This document shows positions 40,883 to 54,485 of a DNA stretch of 64,000 nucleotides, one piece after another. Position 1 is the stretch's first letter. Each line of letters begins with the position of its first letter. The DNA is from Paraspadella gotoi (lineage: Eukaryota; Animalia; Chaetognatha): NCBI GenBank assembly GCA_051294375.1, contig CM119264.1:913923-977922 (forward strand), in the 5' to 3' direction. A program made the translations under genes and the position numbers. The notes beneath the pieces were generated by a model that had not been told where the DNA came from, made no database searches, and saw only the letters and a list, made by a program, of their open reading frames with translations.

Positions 40883-43800
40883 AGTGAGTAATTTCAGGCT
40901 AAGTTTGATCAGATTTGTAGAAATTTTTTTTTCTCTGCAAAAAAAGTTAATCAGTGAAAATTTGTGCCAAGTTTGATTCACGAAGCGAGCGATGACTCTC
41001 ACGGCGAAGATGTCCAATTCTCACAAGTGATTCACCGACGAAACTCCCGATCCGTGATTTTTAACGGGTTCACAACTCGAGGTGAGTCGCGGTGAGTCGC
41101 GGTGAATAGTGAAACTCACGCGGTCAACCAAGAAATTTCTTTAAAAAGTGAAGAGGAAGAAGGGAGGGTGAGTCAAAGGTGTAAAGTGAGGTCAAGTTTT
41201 CACACGAGGAATGATGGCGACATCATGGGTCGAGTGTCTTTAGTGAAAGTCAATACCTGAGAATTAAACTAACGTTATTGGTATTCTATATAAAACCAAA
41301 TCTCCATTTCAAAAAATTGAATAGTGGAATTGATATAAAATTCAGGTACTCAAGGATTAAATAAACAAGACTGTGAGAGAGTCTTGATTGAAAGCTTGCA
41401 GGGACCTGTTATGTTATTATCCTGTAAGAATGATGGAGGTCTTAAACCATAAAAGCCTGCCCAAAGTTAGGGGCAAGATAGATTATTTATTAAATGAATG
41501 AATATTATATTTTCATACTATTTATCACTCTCAAATTTTCTTAGGTGAGAGACAGACAAATCTTTGAGAGGCTGGAGTCAGTATATTGTTTAAAGAGGGT
41601 GGGGAAAGATAGAGGACGAGAGGGGGAGAGAGTGAGGAGGAGGGACGGGGGAAGGGAAAGGAGGAAGAGAAGAAGAAGAAGAAGAGAGGAAGAATAGAAA
41701 AGAAAGAGGGGAGGAGGAAAAGGAAGAAGAAGAAGAAGGAGAGGGAGGGGGGAGAAAAAGAAAAGAGGGAGGAAGGAAGAAGAAGACAAGAAGAAGAGAA
41801 GGGAAAGAAAGATCAAGAGATGAAAATAGTTTATGGAATGAGAAGATTAATGTAGATAGGATTTAGACGAGTACAAGAGTTGATTAGAATTAATTTGGAA
41901 TGAAATGATTTTAAATGAAATGAACTTATTAAATGAAATAAACTGCTCTAAAGAAATATTTGAATGAAATGAAATTATTTTGAGAAATGAAATGAAATAT
42001 TTTTAAAATAAATTAAAAATGATTTCAATTTAAAGGCGACCACAAGCAAATCATGGAAAAAATAAATGGATTAAAATAAAGTAGGAAGATGGATCCCGAC
42101 ACATATTGATTTCTCAACATACTGATAATATTAGCTTCACTCCGTGGGTTCTTCAATAATCATTTCAGATCGACGTATTAATCGGATTTGTACATACACG
42201 AAATTACAGTAGTCTGAGTAATATGTGAGAAAAACATTTGTGTAAAACTGATTGAAGTTAAATGTAGATAATAAAATTCGCCTTAGCAATAAATGAAAAT
42301 TCAGAGAGTGATAAATTAATACGCTGAAAATAAAAATTTTTCTAGCAATGAAATGTAAAAAAATCTGAAAATTAAATTACATTAATAATAATTTTATATA
42401 AAATATTAAAGAGTTTTTTTTTTTGTGTCTTTATTCTTTCCATAATTCTTTCTCTAATACATATATTTCATTTGTCTTTCTTTATTTCTTTTCTTTTAGT
42501 TTTTCATATATATTTCTTGTATTTTTCTCATCTTTTTTATTTTATTCAGTCGTAATTTTACCGTAATCCTGTCCCTAAATAACCTTTAACAACATCTAGG
42601 CAGAAAATTACCAAACTAAGTCTTATTATTTGTGATTAACGAAAGAGAGGCTGATTTGTGACATAACGACTATATAATACACGGAGAGCCGACTCGGGTT
42701 GAGGAGACGGGATGAACCTCTAGCGATTGACCGCATCGACAGAGGATGACCGCAGAGAGAAGATACGGAGACGTGAGTCCTCTGTCGGAACCTCGAGCTG
42801 ACTCTTAGTTGATTGCCGCATCCTTTATGTTATGCTACAACCGACACTGCATCGCAGGTGGAGATGTCTTGAGAGGGAAATCGAACAGCCACTCATACCA
42901 CGACACTCGCTACGAAATGCTTGAGGACGATCTTTTGGCTATTGTAACATCAACTAGCACACCGAACCCCGGATAGTAATTAACCCATCCGGATATACGA
43001 ATCCAGAAGAAAGACGCCAGAAAAAGAAGAAAAGATTTAGAACATAGAAGAAAGAAAGGAAAGACAAGAAAAAAGAAAGAAAGAAAGAAAGAAAGAAAAG
43101 AAGAAAAGAAAAGAAAGAAAGAAAAGCGAAGGGCGACACGAAAGACAAAAGAAAGAAAGAAAGAAAGAAAGAGGAAAAGAGGAAAACAAGAAACGAGAAG
43201 TTTAATGAGTTGCCCTGAAGTTACTCGCTGAATGTATAATTATACAAGTGTTAAACGAATATACTAAAATAATTATGGGGCTTTAGTTTTTAATCAAAAA
43301 TTCAGCTCCTGGGCGGTGTACAATATAGTATTCCCCGATCTAATACTTAAGGGAGTGGTCTTTTCATACAATTGAAACATTCTTCGAAATATTATACCAC
43401 TTCATTATTGATAGGGAAGTATAGGAGTATAAGAGTATAACCTGTATAACCTATATAACCTATAAAAACTATATAAACTATATCTCTTGAATTAAGAAGC
43501 GTTAATTTTCTGATCATAAAATCACTTTTTAAGATAATCCCGTGATTGCAAAACTATGATATGTATATGTACATTAAATGTATACTTTCTTTATTAACTT
43601 TATTAATGCGGTATTAACCGAATTAAGAGTATTAAAAATTAAAACAGATCAACGGACAGACTGACGGACAGACTGACGGACAGACCGACCTTTTTTTTTA
43701 TTCGCGGCGCAACGAAAAAAAAGAAAGAAAAAGAAAAAAAGGAAACTTTTATTTTTAAGTTTTGTTACAAAGAGGAGACTTTGCAGATTCGGCTGTTTCT

Positions 43801-46800
43801 TTTTCCTGCTCATCCTGTGATTTTGGCCTTTTTTTTCTCTGCCCTATTTATCGCCTTTTCTGCTTAGTTTTTTTTCACAGATTTGTCACCTTTTGTTTGG
43901 GCTTCTCCTTTCATCTGTTCAAGTTCGCCATCTGCTCACGTATCTCCGGGGTCAGACATTGAGCGATGAGGGTAAGGATTGCAACTGCTTTGGCGGTCCA
44001 AGGTCTTGAACAACTTGTGTAATCTACTCGCCGCGCCGATTTTCCGCCTTGAAAGACAGTTGCGATCATCATGAACCGGATAAATTTCTTTTGAGGGCGG
44101 AGAATGGCTTATAGTTTTTCGGCCATAACTGGTATTCTTGTTTGCCAGCTCTCGTGGGCTTAGCTTTGTTTTTTTTTTCAGGCTTACTGCTCGTTTTTTC
44201 TCTTGTTGATTAAGGTTTGATAATTTCTGATTCTTTATTATTCATCTTCAAACAGGGCTTTCATGATCAAAATCATCGTATCGTACCAATCTCTAACGTT
44301 TTACATCAAATTTGTGGTATTTGTTTTTCACGGAAACGCCCTCTTCCCATTCCAGCGTCCACGTTTCTTGTTCGCGGCGTCTTTGAGCCTCTGTTTCCTC
44401 CCCGAGTTTCCTCCGCTCGTGTTGTTCGCGTCTAACCGCGCCATCTCGAGTCGTTCGCTGGGGGCTTGAGGGGGCTCCTTTCTTCAGTCTTTACCGACTT
44501 GAGCCGAGCTTCTCTAACAATTCCCCTCTGGTTGTTATTTCCTTGCAGCAATTGTTTCCTTGGTAAAGGGCGTTGGCGCTCTTCTACTGGATTTTTGTCC
44601 TCGAGGCCCTTTTTTAGCAAACGAATCAGCAGGACGTTGTCGTCGTCTTCCTTCACGGTTTGTTTATGAATCTCCGAGCCGCGAAGCTTTCTTCTGTTCT
44701 GGTGCGACGTAGCCTCGCAGGACCACTCCAATACGGTTTCCAAGTTCGGCCGACGGCTTCCCTTCCGTACGAGGCGCGTCTGATCTGAATTCCATGGCTT
44801 CGGAGTTATCCCTGGGAGTATGGTTCCAGGGCCTTGTGAGGAGTCGTGCAACGGTCTTTCGATGTGGAGGCGTTCGTCCTCTGCCAACACGGTTCTGGTC
44901 GAATTTCCTGTAGAACGGTGTTTGACGAAGCGCCAGTCCCGCGTCTTCGGCGTTGCTCTTCTGGGTCGATCGGACTATGATTTTATCGGGCGACTTCTGC
45001 GGCGCCGAGAGATGGATGGTTCTTTCACAACATCTCTACGAGGCCGCGCGCCACAGCGCGCCGTCATAATGTGGGTCCGATGTAGACGCTGGCGCTCTTC
45101 ATTCGGCCAGCAGGGCTTGGAGTCTCGTTCCTTTCTTCAATCGAAAGCGCAGGGCGCTCTTAGGGGTTTGTAGATGGCTTCTCAAAAAAGATTTCGCGGT
45201 TTTTTTCATCGTTTCGGGCGGCGGATCTATTGATTTTTCGTTGGCGTTCATCACCGTTGGCGGCGTTTTCGCGCCCTGCCTCCCCAGCCGGCCATTTGGC
45301 CCGTCCGGCGGTTTCTGGTGCTGAGGTGTCTGGTTCGGACGTGGTCGGGGGTGTTCGGAGATAATCCGAGGTGGCGCGCTGGTTGCCGTGTTTCGTTGCG
45401 CAGAGCAGTTTTTTCGATCATTGTTTCGAGGCTGGTTTGAAAATGCGCTACATTGAACCTGCAAAACGATCGTCCGCCGTCCCCTGATTGCCGAGTTGAA
45501 CGCCATGTTCCACTCATCCCTGGGAGTTGCTTCACGTGGTTGTTGAAAGCCGATAGAACGGTGACGGTTTTCTGACTGCATCGTTTACCAGCCAGAGTAG
45601 TGTTTGTCCGGGTTATAAAAACCTTCGCGTTATGGTTTCCCCAGTTTGAAGGCTGTTTTCCACCGTTTGACCTTTGTTTATGATTTTTCGGAGAGGGCGA
45701 TGACGAATTTTCCGACTCGCAAGGTTGTTCGTCGGACATTTCGGCGGACGCGTTTTCTCTTCCGGGCTGGCGGTCTGCTGCCGTTTCCTGCGGGGATTGG
45801 TCGCGCGGTGGTCTTTTGTTTCTGCATGTGAGAGGAGGTGGGCGTGTGCGATCGAGTTCCTCCGCGACGTTTCGGGACAGCTGCCGGGCCGGGGGTTTTG
45901 CTGAGTGGTGCGGGTGGTTCCAGTAAGCTTGGCCCCGTTGTAGTCCGTATTGGTAATTTCTTCCTCTGGGCGGTCTTTTTGGGCCGTCGGGCGGTGTTTC
46001 GGTTGTCTGAACATCGTTTTGACGCCGTTGAACTGGTAGAATAGTTTATTTTCGTGTATATATTGTCTTGGACGGAATAACATGTGTTTGATTTGGTAGC
46101 GTGTCGTGGTTCCTTTCTCGGATATTGGTTGGCGTGTGGTGGGATTTATCTTTGTTTCTCGGCCACAAGTAACTAGGGGGGGTTTTTATGATTTATATTT
46201 CTTTTTTGATATATCTTTCACAGGCAAATATTGATACGAAGAAACGATTTTCGGTTGATCCTAGAACCGGTGAGAATGAGGGAGTGGAGCGTCTAAAGGT
46301 TCGCTAAGTTATTAAAGGAAGATCGAAAATTGCTCATCACAATTTCTTGTGCTGTTCGATCACCTTATTCAAATGTTTTTTTTGCCGACCTTTTCTCCGG
46401 TTTGTCGGGTTGGAGTATCATGGGGTGGTATTTTCTCTCATTGGTATGTTCCGAATCGCTCTCTCTCCTTTCTCTCTTTTCTGCTTCGCCGTTTTGCTGT
46501 CCCTTGCCTTTCTTTTTTTCTTTTGGTGGTGTCCCGCCTTTGGCGTTTTGGGCCGAGGCTTCCCCTTTCTCCCTCCTTCGTGCAGTTCACAGACTTAGGT
46601 GTCTCGTTTTCCTTCCCAGTCTCACGTGTTGTACATTAGTATTTACTTCTTTATTCTTTTGGTTATTAACCGAAAATTAGAGTATAATAAAAGGATTAAA
46701 ACTTAGATCAAACAGAGCGATGACGGACAGACTACGGACAGAACGACCTTTTTTTTTTTATTCGCTCGATGGCCCGTCCTTTTGTGTCTGGGTTTTTTTC

Positions 46801-49800
46801 TTTTCTCTCTGATTTTTTTTGTGTGTTTTTTTTTATTTCTTTGCTTCGTTACTATTGAGATAAAGGAAATATGAGAAATATAAGGATATTACTTTTATTT
46901 TTAAGTTTTGTTTATACAAATGAGGAGAGAGAGAAGATGAGAAGAGAGAGAGAGAGAGAGAAGAGAGAGGTGTATGTTCGAGTAGTGGGGGTGATGAGAG
47001 AGAAGAAGAAAGGTTTTTTTTTTTTGAGATATTATTAAGATAGGGAGATAATGTTTTTGATGGTTTAAGTTTATTTTTATTGTTGATTTGATTGAGATAG
47101 ATGTTATGTGAGATGAGTAGACTTAGGATTGATGAGGAAGAATCAGTATTATATATTATGGAGGGGAGAGAGAGAGGGAGTATATTTGCAAGGGAAATAT
47201 TTAAAGAAGTGAGATTTGATGAGATTTTACGTTTATTTGAGTTTATGGATTAGAGATGAGAAAGAGTAGATTTGAGAGAGAGAGTTAGTTTTTTTAAGAA
47301 GAGGAGGAGAAATTTTTGTTTAGATGGTTGAGTTTGGAGTTTGAGTTGTGGTGGTGTTTTTGATTTGGATTAGGAGGGATGAGAAGAGAAGAAGGAGAGA
47401 GAGAACGAAGAGAGATGAGAGATTGAGAAGAAGAAGNNNNNNNNNNNNNNNNNNNNNNNNNAGAGGCGAGTAAACAGAGCAGAAAGAGAGAGAGAGAAGA
47501 GAAAGAGAGACGAGAAGAAGGAGAGATGAAGAAGGAGAGCAGAGAGAGAGAGAGAGAGAAGAGAGAGAAGAATGACAGAGAAGAACGAAGAAGGAGAGAG
47601 AGGAGAGAGAGAGAGAGAGCGAGAAGAGAGAGAGAGAAGAGAGAAGAGAGAAGAGAAGAAGGAGAGAAGACGAGACGAGAGAGAGACGAAGACAGAAGAG
47701 AGAGAGAAAAAAGAAGAAGGAGAGAGACAGAGAGAGAGAGAAGAAGAAGAGAGAGAGGAGAGAGAGAAGAGAAGAGAGCAGAGAGAGAAGAGAGAGAAAA
47801 GAACGCTACCGCATGAACATGGATTCTATAGGTAAAAGAGAGGATTAGAAAGGTTGTGGGCGTGGGTGGCGCTGCGTGAGGAGGAGAATGAGGGTTGGAG
47901 AAAGGAGAAGGAGCGGAGAAGAGAGAAGGAAGACGAAGAGGAGAGGGAGAAAAATAGGAGAGGAGAGAAGGAAATAGAGGAGAGAGAGCGAGAGGAGAAG
48001 CAGAGGCTATTAGAGTCAGAGCCCTTATTCGCTATGATTCGACTACCCTCACACGTACAATAAATCATGACTTCAGTGTTTTAGTACTCATGCTCCTCAT
48101 CGTCTATTAAATGCAACTCCTGTTTTATTTCCGGCATCTACTTCTCTCCTCCTTGCTAACCTCCGCCACTTACTCCTCCTAATTATGAATTCATTAACGG
48201 AAAAAGACTAACCAATTCATCTTCAGCAACAAAAAAGATATGAGACAAATTCATACGGTGAATCAATGCATGAATTGCATTCACACATACTCTAAACACA
48301 CGTCTCTCACATTTACCATACACAACCGATCCCGTCTAGCAGACCTCTATGCTCCATCACAGCACACACCACCACACTATACACTCATAGTGCATTCTCA
48401 GCCATCTCCACGACTTATCAAGAGAGAGAGAGAGAGAGAGAAAGAGAGACGCTAAATGAACAATGGATTCAATAGGGAAAAGGAGAGGATAGAAGGCGTG
48501 GGCGGTGGGTGGCGCTGCGTGAGGAGGAGAATGAGGTGGAGAAAGAGGAGAAGGAGGAGGAGAAGAGAGAAGGAAATCATGATTTTATTGGTAAGTTCGT
48601 GGTAGTCGAATCATAGTCGAAAATAGCGCTTCACTATAAGTGAAAAGAGGAGGAGAGAGGAGGAGGAGAGAGAGGAGGAGGAAGAGGAGGAGGAGTAGAA
48701 AGACGAGGAGGATTTTTAAAGAAATTNNNNNNNNNNNNNNNNNNNNNNNNNNNNNNNNNNNNNNNNNNNNNNNNNNNNNNNNNNNNNNNNNNNNNNNNNN
48801 NNNNNNNNNNNNNNNNNNNNNNNNNNNNNNNNNNNNNNNNNNNNNNNNNNNNNNNNNNNNNNNNNNNNNNNNNNNNNNNNNNNNNNNNNNNNNNNNNNNN
48901 NNNNNNNNNNNNNNNNNNNNNNNNNNNNNNNNNNNNNNNNNNNNNNNNNNNNNNNNNNNNNNNNNNNNNNNNNNNNNNNNNNNNTAACTTTTTAAGCTCT
49001 ATCAGAATCAATTAAAAAAACTTACAATATCAAAAAAAAATTTTTAACATTAGATAGCAATATAATAATATTAATTAGCGAATTACTCATGGTTCGGAAC
49101 ATTTTTGCAAAAAAATATTTTAACACAATAATTAATACCAATAATGGATTAGTTTAATGCTGTTCCCATTATAATTTGAATTTGGTCGGCTACCGCTAAT
49201 GATGACGATGAATATCTCGATGCACTTAGACCTGACGTCGACGAAAAAGAGTGAAAATGTAAAAGGCATTTGCGGGAAGAGGAAAGCGTGAGACTTTATC
49301 ACAGGAAAAACACAATGGGAGGGCAGCGATAAAAAGGGGAGCAGATGATGATGATGATGATGATAACGACGATGATGTTGACGATGATGATGACGATGAT
49401 GATGATGATGATGATGACAAGAACATCACTCAAGTTTATTACAACAGCGACAATTAAATAACGACCATTCATGTCATAAACATATCTAACTTTTTAGTTG
49501 AGCCGCGAGTACTCGCGAAGCAACTCTATAAGTCACTTTTCGGTCGGTCTGTCGGTCGGTCCGTCAGTCTGTCCCACTTACGTTAAAACTGCTCCTAACT
49601 TGCATATTCCTTTTATTATTGCATATGCATATTTTTTTTAAAATTTTTATTATTGTTTAATAATTGGAAAAAAGGGGAAAGTCGAATCTGCGAAGTATAA
49701 AATTTTAGGTTCTCTTAATAAACAACTAGATAAAGATGACTTGAAACAAATATGTTACAATATTTATAACAGAAATTGATTGACTAATATTTGTTTTGTT

Positions 49801-49839
49801 TATAGACAACAAAGACTTTTTATTCAAGAAAGAAAAAAA

Positions 49840-49877
49840 GTTTCGTCCCATTGGTTAGCCTTCATCGGCCGAAACGT
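49840..49877 (-). mobile_element. Degenerate Penelope-type hammerhead/inverted end remnant (second copy 38462-38497)
   Basis: gtttcgtcccattggttagccttcatcggccgaaacgt has the same gtttcg...gccttcatc(a/g)g...gccgaaac layout as 21186-21247. The core reads CCGAUGA and stem II is imperfect. Confidence 0.4.
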
Positions 49878-50180
49878 ATATTTGTTGTCTGAAATCAAAA
49901 CAAAAACTTCTCATTTGAATATAAAAATTTAAGTCTGATACAAAAACCATTTTAAATTATATTATTCATTTATTTTGTTTGTAGTTATTTTTCTTACTTT
50001 CCTATCAGGTTAAAAGTGATAAGTGATAAGTGATAAGTGAAAATTGATAATCTCAAAGTCGCTTAGTAATTCACGTTTTTTATACATCTTCACATTTTTC
50101 GTCCTGTGAGTTGAAATCAATACTTCACTTCAAGAATCGCGATATTTCGGTCCCTGTTTCAGCCTTTCTGTCTCTGCGCT

Positions 50181-50216
<36 letters not shown>

Positions 50217-50360
50217 TCTCTCCGTCTCTCTCTCCTTCCTCCTTCTCTCTCTTCTCTCTTCTCTCTCTCAGCGTCATTTCGCTTCTTTTTTTCCTCTCAA
50301 GTGCTCATTTCCATCTCAACCCGAAAATGTTACGCCCTTCGAATATCATCACAACTCTCG

Positions 50361-50395
<35 letters not shown>

Positions 50396-51538
50396 TCTCC
50401 TTCTCTTCTTCTTTCTCTCTCCTCTCTCTCTCTCTCTCTTCGTCTCTTTCTCTGCACTTTCTCGAATATGCAACTACACAATAGAGAAGCCCACAAGCAA
50501 GTTATATCAGAGTAAAGTTTAACATGTTCCTACTTTTTACATTTTACAATTTAAATTTTACTTTTTACAAGAATAAATTTACAGTGAGGTTTAATAGTAT
50601 ATACAAGTGCATAACAAATTGGCATGAAAAAATCGTAATAATTGACAAACATGATATAACTTACTAGAATATATGCAGTTTACATAGAATGTAATCTAAA
50701 AAGATAAATCGTAAAATTATTTCAAATGTATGTATGTAAATATGAAAAAGTAAAAAGTGATTTCGATAATTGTAGAAAATATATGATAGAGAATATAAAA
50801 AGTATAAACAAAATAAAAAGGAAAAAAAATCCAGAAATAAAACGAAGTTAAAAAAAGGTAGAAGCTAAAAGACAGAAACAAGAGAGAAAGAAGCTGCGAA
50901 ATAGATAGCAGATAGAAAATAAAAATAGAACTGAAGCTGAAAAGTTGTGAAAAATTAATGGTTGCGAAAATGAATATCAAGCAGATGGAAGTGAAAAAAA
51001 GAAGCCTCTTGGTTATAAAAAGCTCGAAAATAGAAAATTAAAGACAGAGGCCTTTCAGTTGTGAAAAGCTAGAAGCTATGAGACAGACGCCAAAAGTTGT
51101 GAAAATTTAAAGAATGGAAGCTCAAAAAAGAATAGTTATGAAAGCAAGAAAATAGAAGCTAAAAGATGGACGCCATTAGGTAACTAATACTTTGAAGATA
51201 GAAGCTAAAACCTAGAAGATGGAAGCTAAAAGACAGAAGCCTCTCCGTTGTAAAAAGCTAAAAGATAAGAGGCCTTCTGCTGCAAAAACCTAAAAGATAG
51301 AAGCTATAAGAAAGAAGCTTTTCCGTTACAAACACCTGAAAGATAGAAGCTACAAGAAAGAATATTTTTCGTTGCAAAAAGCTGTAAGATAGAAGCTAAA
51401 AAACAGAAGCTTTTCGGTTGAAAAAAAAAAGCCACCTCGTGTTAATCTTGACTGATTTTTCCTTCGCGTCGTCGACGCTCGACCTCGAATCATTAGTGGA
51501 TCCTTGAGGGACAGTCTCTAACTATTACCCGCCTGATC

Positions 51539-51665
<127 letters not shown>

Positions 51666-52552
51666 TGACTCTCGCTGACTATTTCTAATATTTTTAGTTT
51701 AATAATACTGCTTGAAAGCTAATTGAACTCGACAGAAAGGTTAAACGGGTTAATGAAGAAGCGTTTAACAAATGACTACAATATAAAAATTAGAATTTAG
51801 GTTCTACATGAATAATACTTAGAAGGTTTGCAGATCGTAAGCGTCTTTTTTGTATCTAATCTATTATAATGATTGACTTTTTTTTTTCTTCGGCTCTTTC
51901 TTTTTTTTTCTTTTTCTTTCTCCCTTTCTTTCTTTCTTTTTTTCTCCCTTCTTTATTTATTTCTGTTCTTTCTTTCTTTCTGTTCTTTCTTTCTTTCTCC
52001 ATTTCTTTATCCCTTAGTTTCTTTCCCCCTTTCTTTCTCCCTTTCTTTCTGTTCTTTCTTTCTTTCTCTCTTTCTTTATCTCTTTCTTTCATTTCTTTCT
52101 TTCTCCCTTTCTTTCTTTCTTCCTTTCTTTCTTTCTCTCTTTCTTTCTCTCTTTCTCTCTTTCTTTATCTCTTTCTTCCTTCATTACTTTCTTTCTTTCT
52201 CTCTTTCTTTCTCCCTTTCTTTCTCCCTTTCTTTCTCCCTTTCTTTCTTTCTTTATTTCTGTTCTCTCTTTTCTTTCACTCATCCTTTCTTTCCATCTTT
52301 TCCATCTCTCCTAACTTTCCCCTTTGCCGTCTTCAAAGTCCTCCGATTTTTCGGCTGATTTGAATAAACGAACCATCAAATTGAGGTATGAGTTTCTTCA
52401 CTTCTCTGCGCTTCAGACTTTACTTTCTTTTCTTCTCTCTCATTTCTTTTTAACATTCAATCTTTTTTTATATTTACATATATTTAGCAAATAATATTTT
52501 CGAATAATAAAGAGTTCAGTTTCTGTCTCATCACTCACTTAGCAAATCTATA

Positions 52553-52636
<84 letters not shown>

Positions 52637-53093
52637 GGTCTACTATTTTTTTTTAATTAAACTTTGACTTTTTGTTCGTTACATGTAGCTTGCCTCTCTT
52701 GACTTCGGATTGACCAATCAGAGAGCTTGCCTTCTCAAGTAGCTTGTCTCTCTTGGCTTCTCCGTCTTTTCTTCTGATTGACCAATCAGAGAGCTTGCCT
52801 CTCTTGGCTTCTCCGCTTTTCTTCTGATTGACCAATTCAGAGAGGAGGCTTCCCTCAGGAAACCGACGGCAGAGAAACGAGAGAGGAAACTGGATCACTC
52901 TTCAACTTACCTTTCAATGAAACAAACATCAAACTCCTTATGGACTATTTGTTATATGTTTTTCTGCCTGCTTTTTCTCTGCATAATCTACATATTTTGT
53001 ATGTTAATTATCATCATCCCAACGCGTTCTTATGTCAATAAAACTTCTCGTATTTCTTCTGTAATAATCCACGCTTACTTCCTACTTCCTTGT

Positions 53094-53124
53094 GGTGGGA
53101 TTCGAACCCACGCCTCCGCAGAGA
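53094..53124 (-). pseudogene. tRNA-Leu 3' fragment (variable arm plus T arm); pseudogene or SINE head remnant
   Basis: Minus strand TCTCTGCGGAGGCGTGGGTTCGAATCCCACC matches the eukaryotic tRNA-Leu 3' half. No D arm or acceptor-stem partner found. Confidence 0.65.
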
Positions 53125-53220
53125 TTCTGATACACTGGAAGACTGATACACTGATACACTGATACCCTGATACGCTCATTCTTGAAAATTATACCGTCGC
53201 CCCGATTGTCGTTGGAACGA

Positions 53221-53532
53221 GAGCTCAAATCCAGGGAGCTAAAACCCAGAGAGCTCAAACCCAGGGAGCTCAAACTCAAGGAGCTAGAACACAAGGAGCT
53301 CAAATCTAGGGAGCTCAAACCCAAGGAGCTCAAACCCAAGGATTTCAAACCCAAGGAGCTCAAACTTAAGGAGTTCAAACCCCAGGAGCTCAAATCCAAG
53401 AAGCTCAAACCCAGGGAGCTCAAACCCTGGGAGCTCAAACCTAAGGAGCTCAAACCCAAGGAGCTCAAACCCAGGGACTCAAACCCAGGGAGCTCAAACC
53501 CAAGGAGCTCAAACCCAGGGAGCTCAAACCCA
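53221..53532 (+). repeat. 15-bp minisatellite (~21 copies)
   Basis: gagctcaaacccarg units. Confidence 0.93.
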
Positions 53533-54256
53533 AAAAAATGGTAGAATTTAAAAAAATAATAGTAAAAAAAAATCTTATTTTAATCGAGACGCGAATTTTC
53601 TTCCTTTTTTTTGACAGAAATGGGATTTTTTTTTCACAAGAAGGTTTTTTATTTCACCCATTTTTTCCCTTCATTCTTTTTTTTTCTTTCTGATATTTTT
53701 TTCTTCCCCATTTTTAATTCTTATGGATTTTTTTCGAGTCGATTCAATTTAAAATCTTCTCATTATTCCTTTTTCTTTTTCCAAAAAAAAAAGGGAACTA
53801 GTTTTGTCATTTTTTTTGTGAACAATTTTTTAACAACTTTTCTTTTTTCTTTTGTGTAAATTTATTTTATTAGAATTCATATCTTTAATAATTTCTTCTT
53901 TTTTTTGGTCCATTTTTTGTAGACTTTTAAGTTGTACGATATATTTGGCTGAAAGTCTTATTCTCTTTCTCTCTCTCTTTCCTACTTTTATTTTCCCCAT
54001 CGTCTTTTAATATCTTCCCTTAACTTCTCTATTATTTCCGGTCTTTCTTCTCCCCTTTCTCTCTTAATATCTTCTATGTTTCTTCTCATCAACTTCTCTA
54101 TTCTAATCTACTTTTCTTTTTCTTATCTTTACTTCTCTTTTCTTTGCTTTACTTATTTTTCTGACGTGGATTCTATTTTTTCTTCGAATCTCGAAAAGAC
54201 GGAAGATCAGGGCCGAAATAACATGGAAAAAAGGAAATGAAAGGAAGAAGGAAACG

Positions 54257-54318
<62 letters not shown>

Positions 54319-54401
54319 AGAGTGAGAGAGGAGAGAGAGAGAGAGAGAGCAGAAAGAGAGAAGAGAAGAGAGAGAGAGAAGAGAGGAGAGAAGAGAGAGA
54401 G

Positions 54402-54485
<84 letters not shown>

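Larger units (their letters stand above)
25920..51230 (+). other. Large imperfect direct duplication (~25920-39869 vs ~39895-51230), probably an assembly/gap-filling artefact
   Basis: Matching blocks: 25921/39931, 31260/40440, 31650/40894, 33565/43194, 37075/48448, 37765-39869/49200-51225. Differences are mostly 1-2-bp indels, and the copies meet at a 25-N gap (39870-39894). Confidence 0.8.

Noticed and set aside
44217-46083. Bacterial or transposon genes among the GC-rich ORFs
   Set aside because: No recognisable motifs in any frame; the overlapping short ORFs are expected from GC content alone.
52321-52385. Alternative kinesin first exon (phase-2 donor AG|gtatga, ...TIKLR)
   Set aside because: No nearby in-frame ATG or clear acceptor, and the exon at 16089-16183 gives a much better VKVAIR motif.
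53040-53220. Functional intron-containing tRNA-Leu gene
   Set aside because: Only the variable and T arms are present; I could not find an A box, D arm or acceptor stem.
53182-53544. ORF of ELKPR/ELKPK pentapeptide repeats
   Set aside because: Product of a 15-bp minisatellite that is open on both strands; it starts at TTG and shifts frame within the array.
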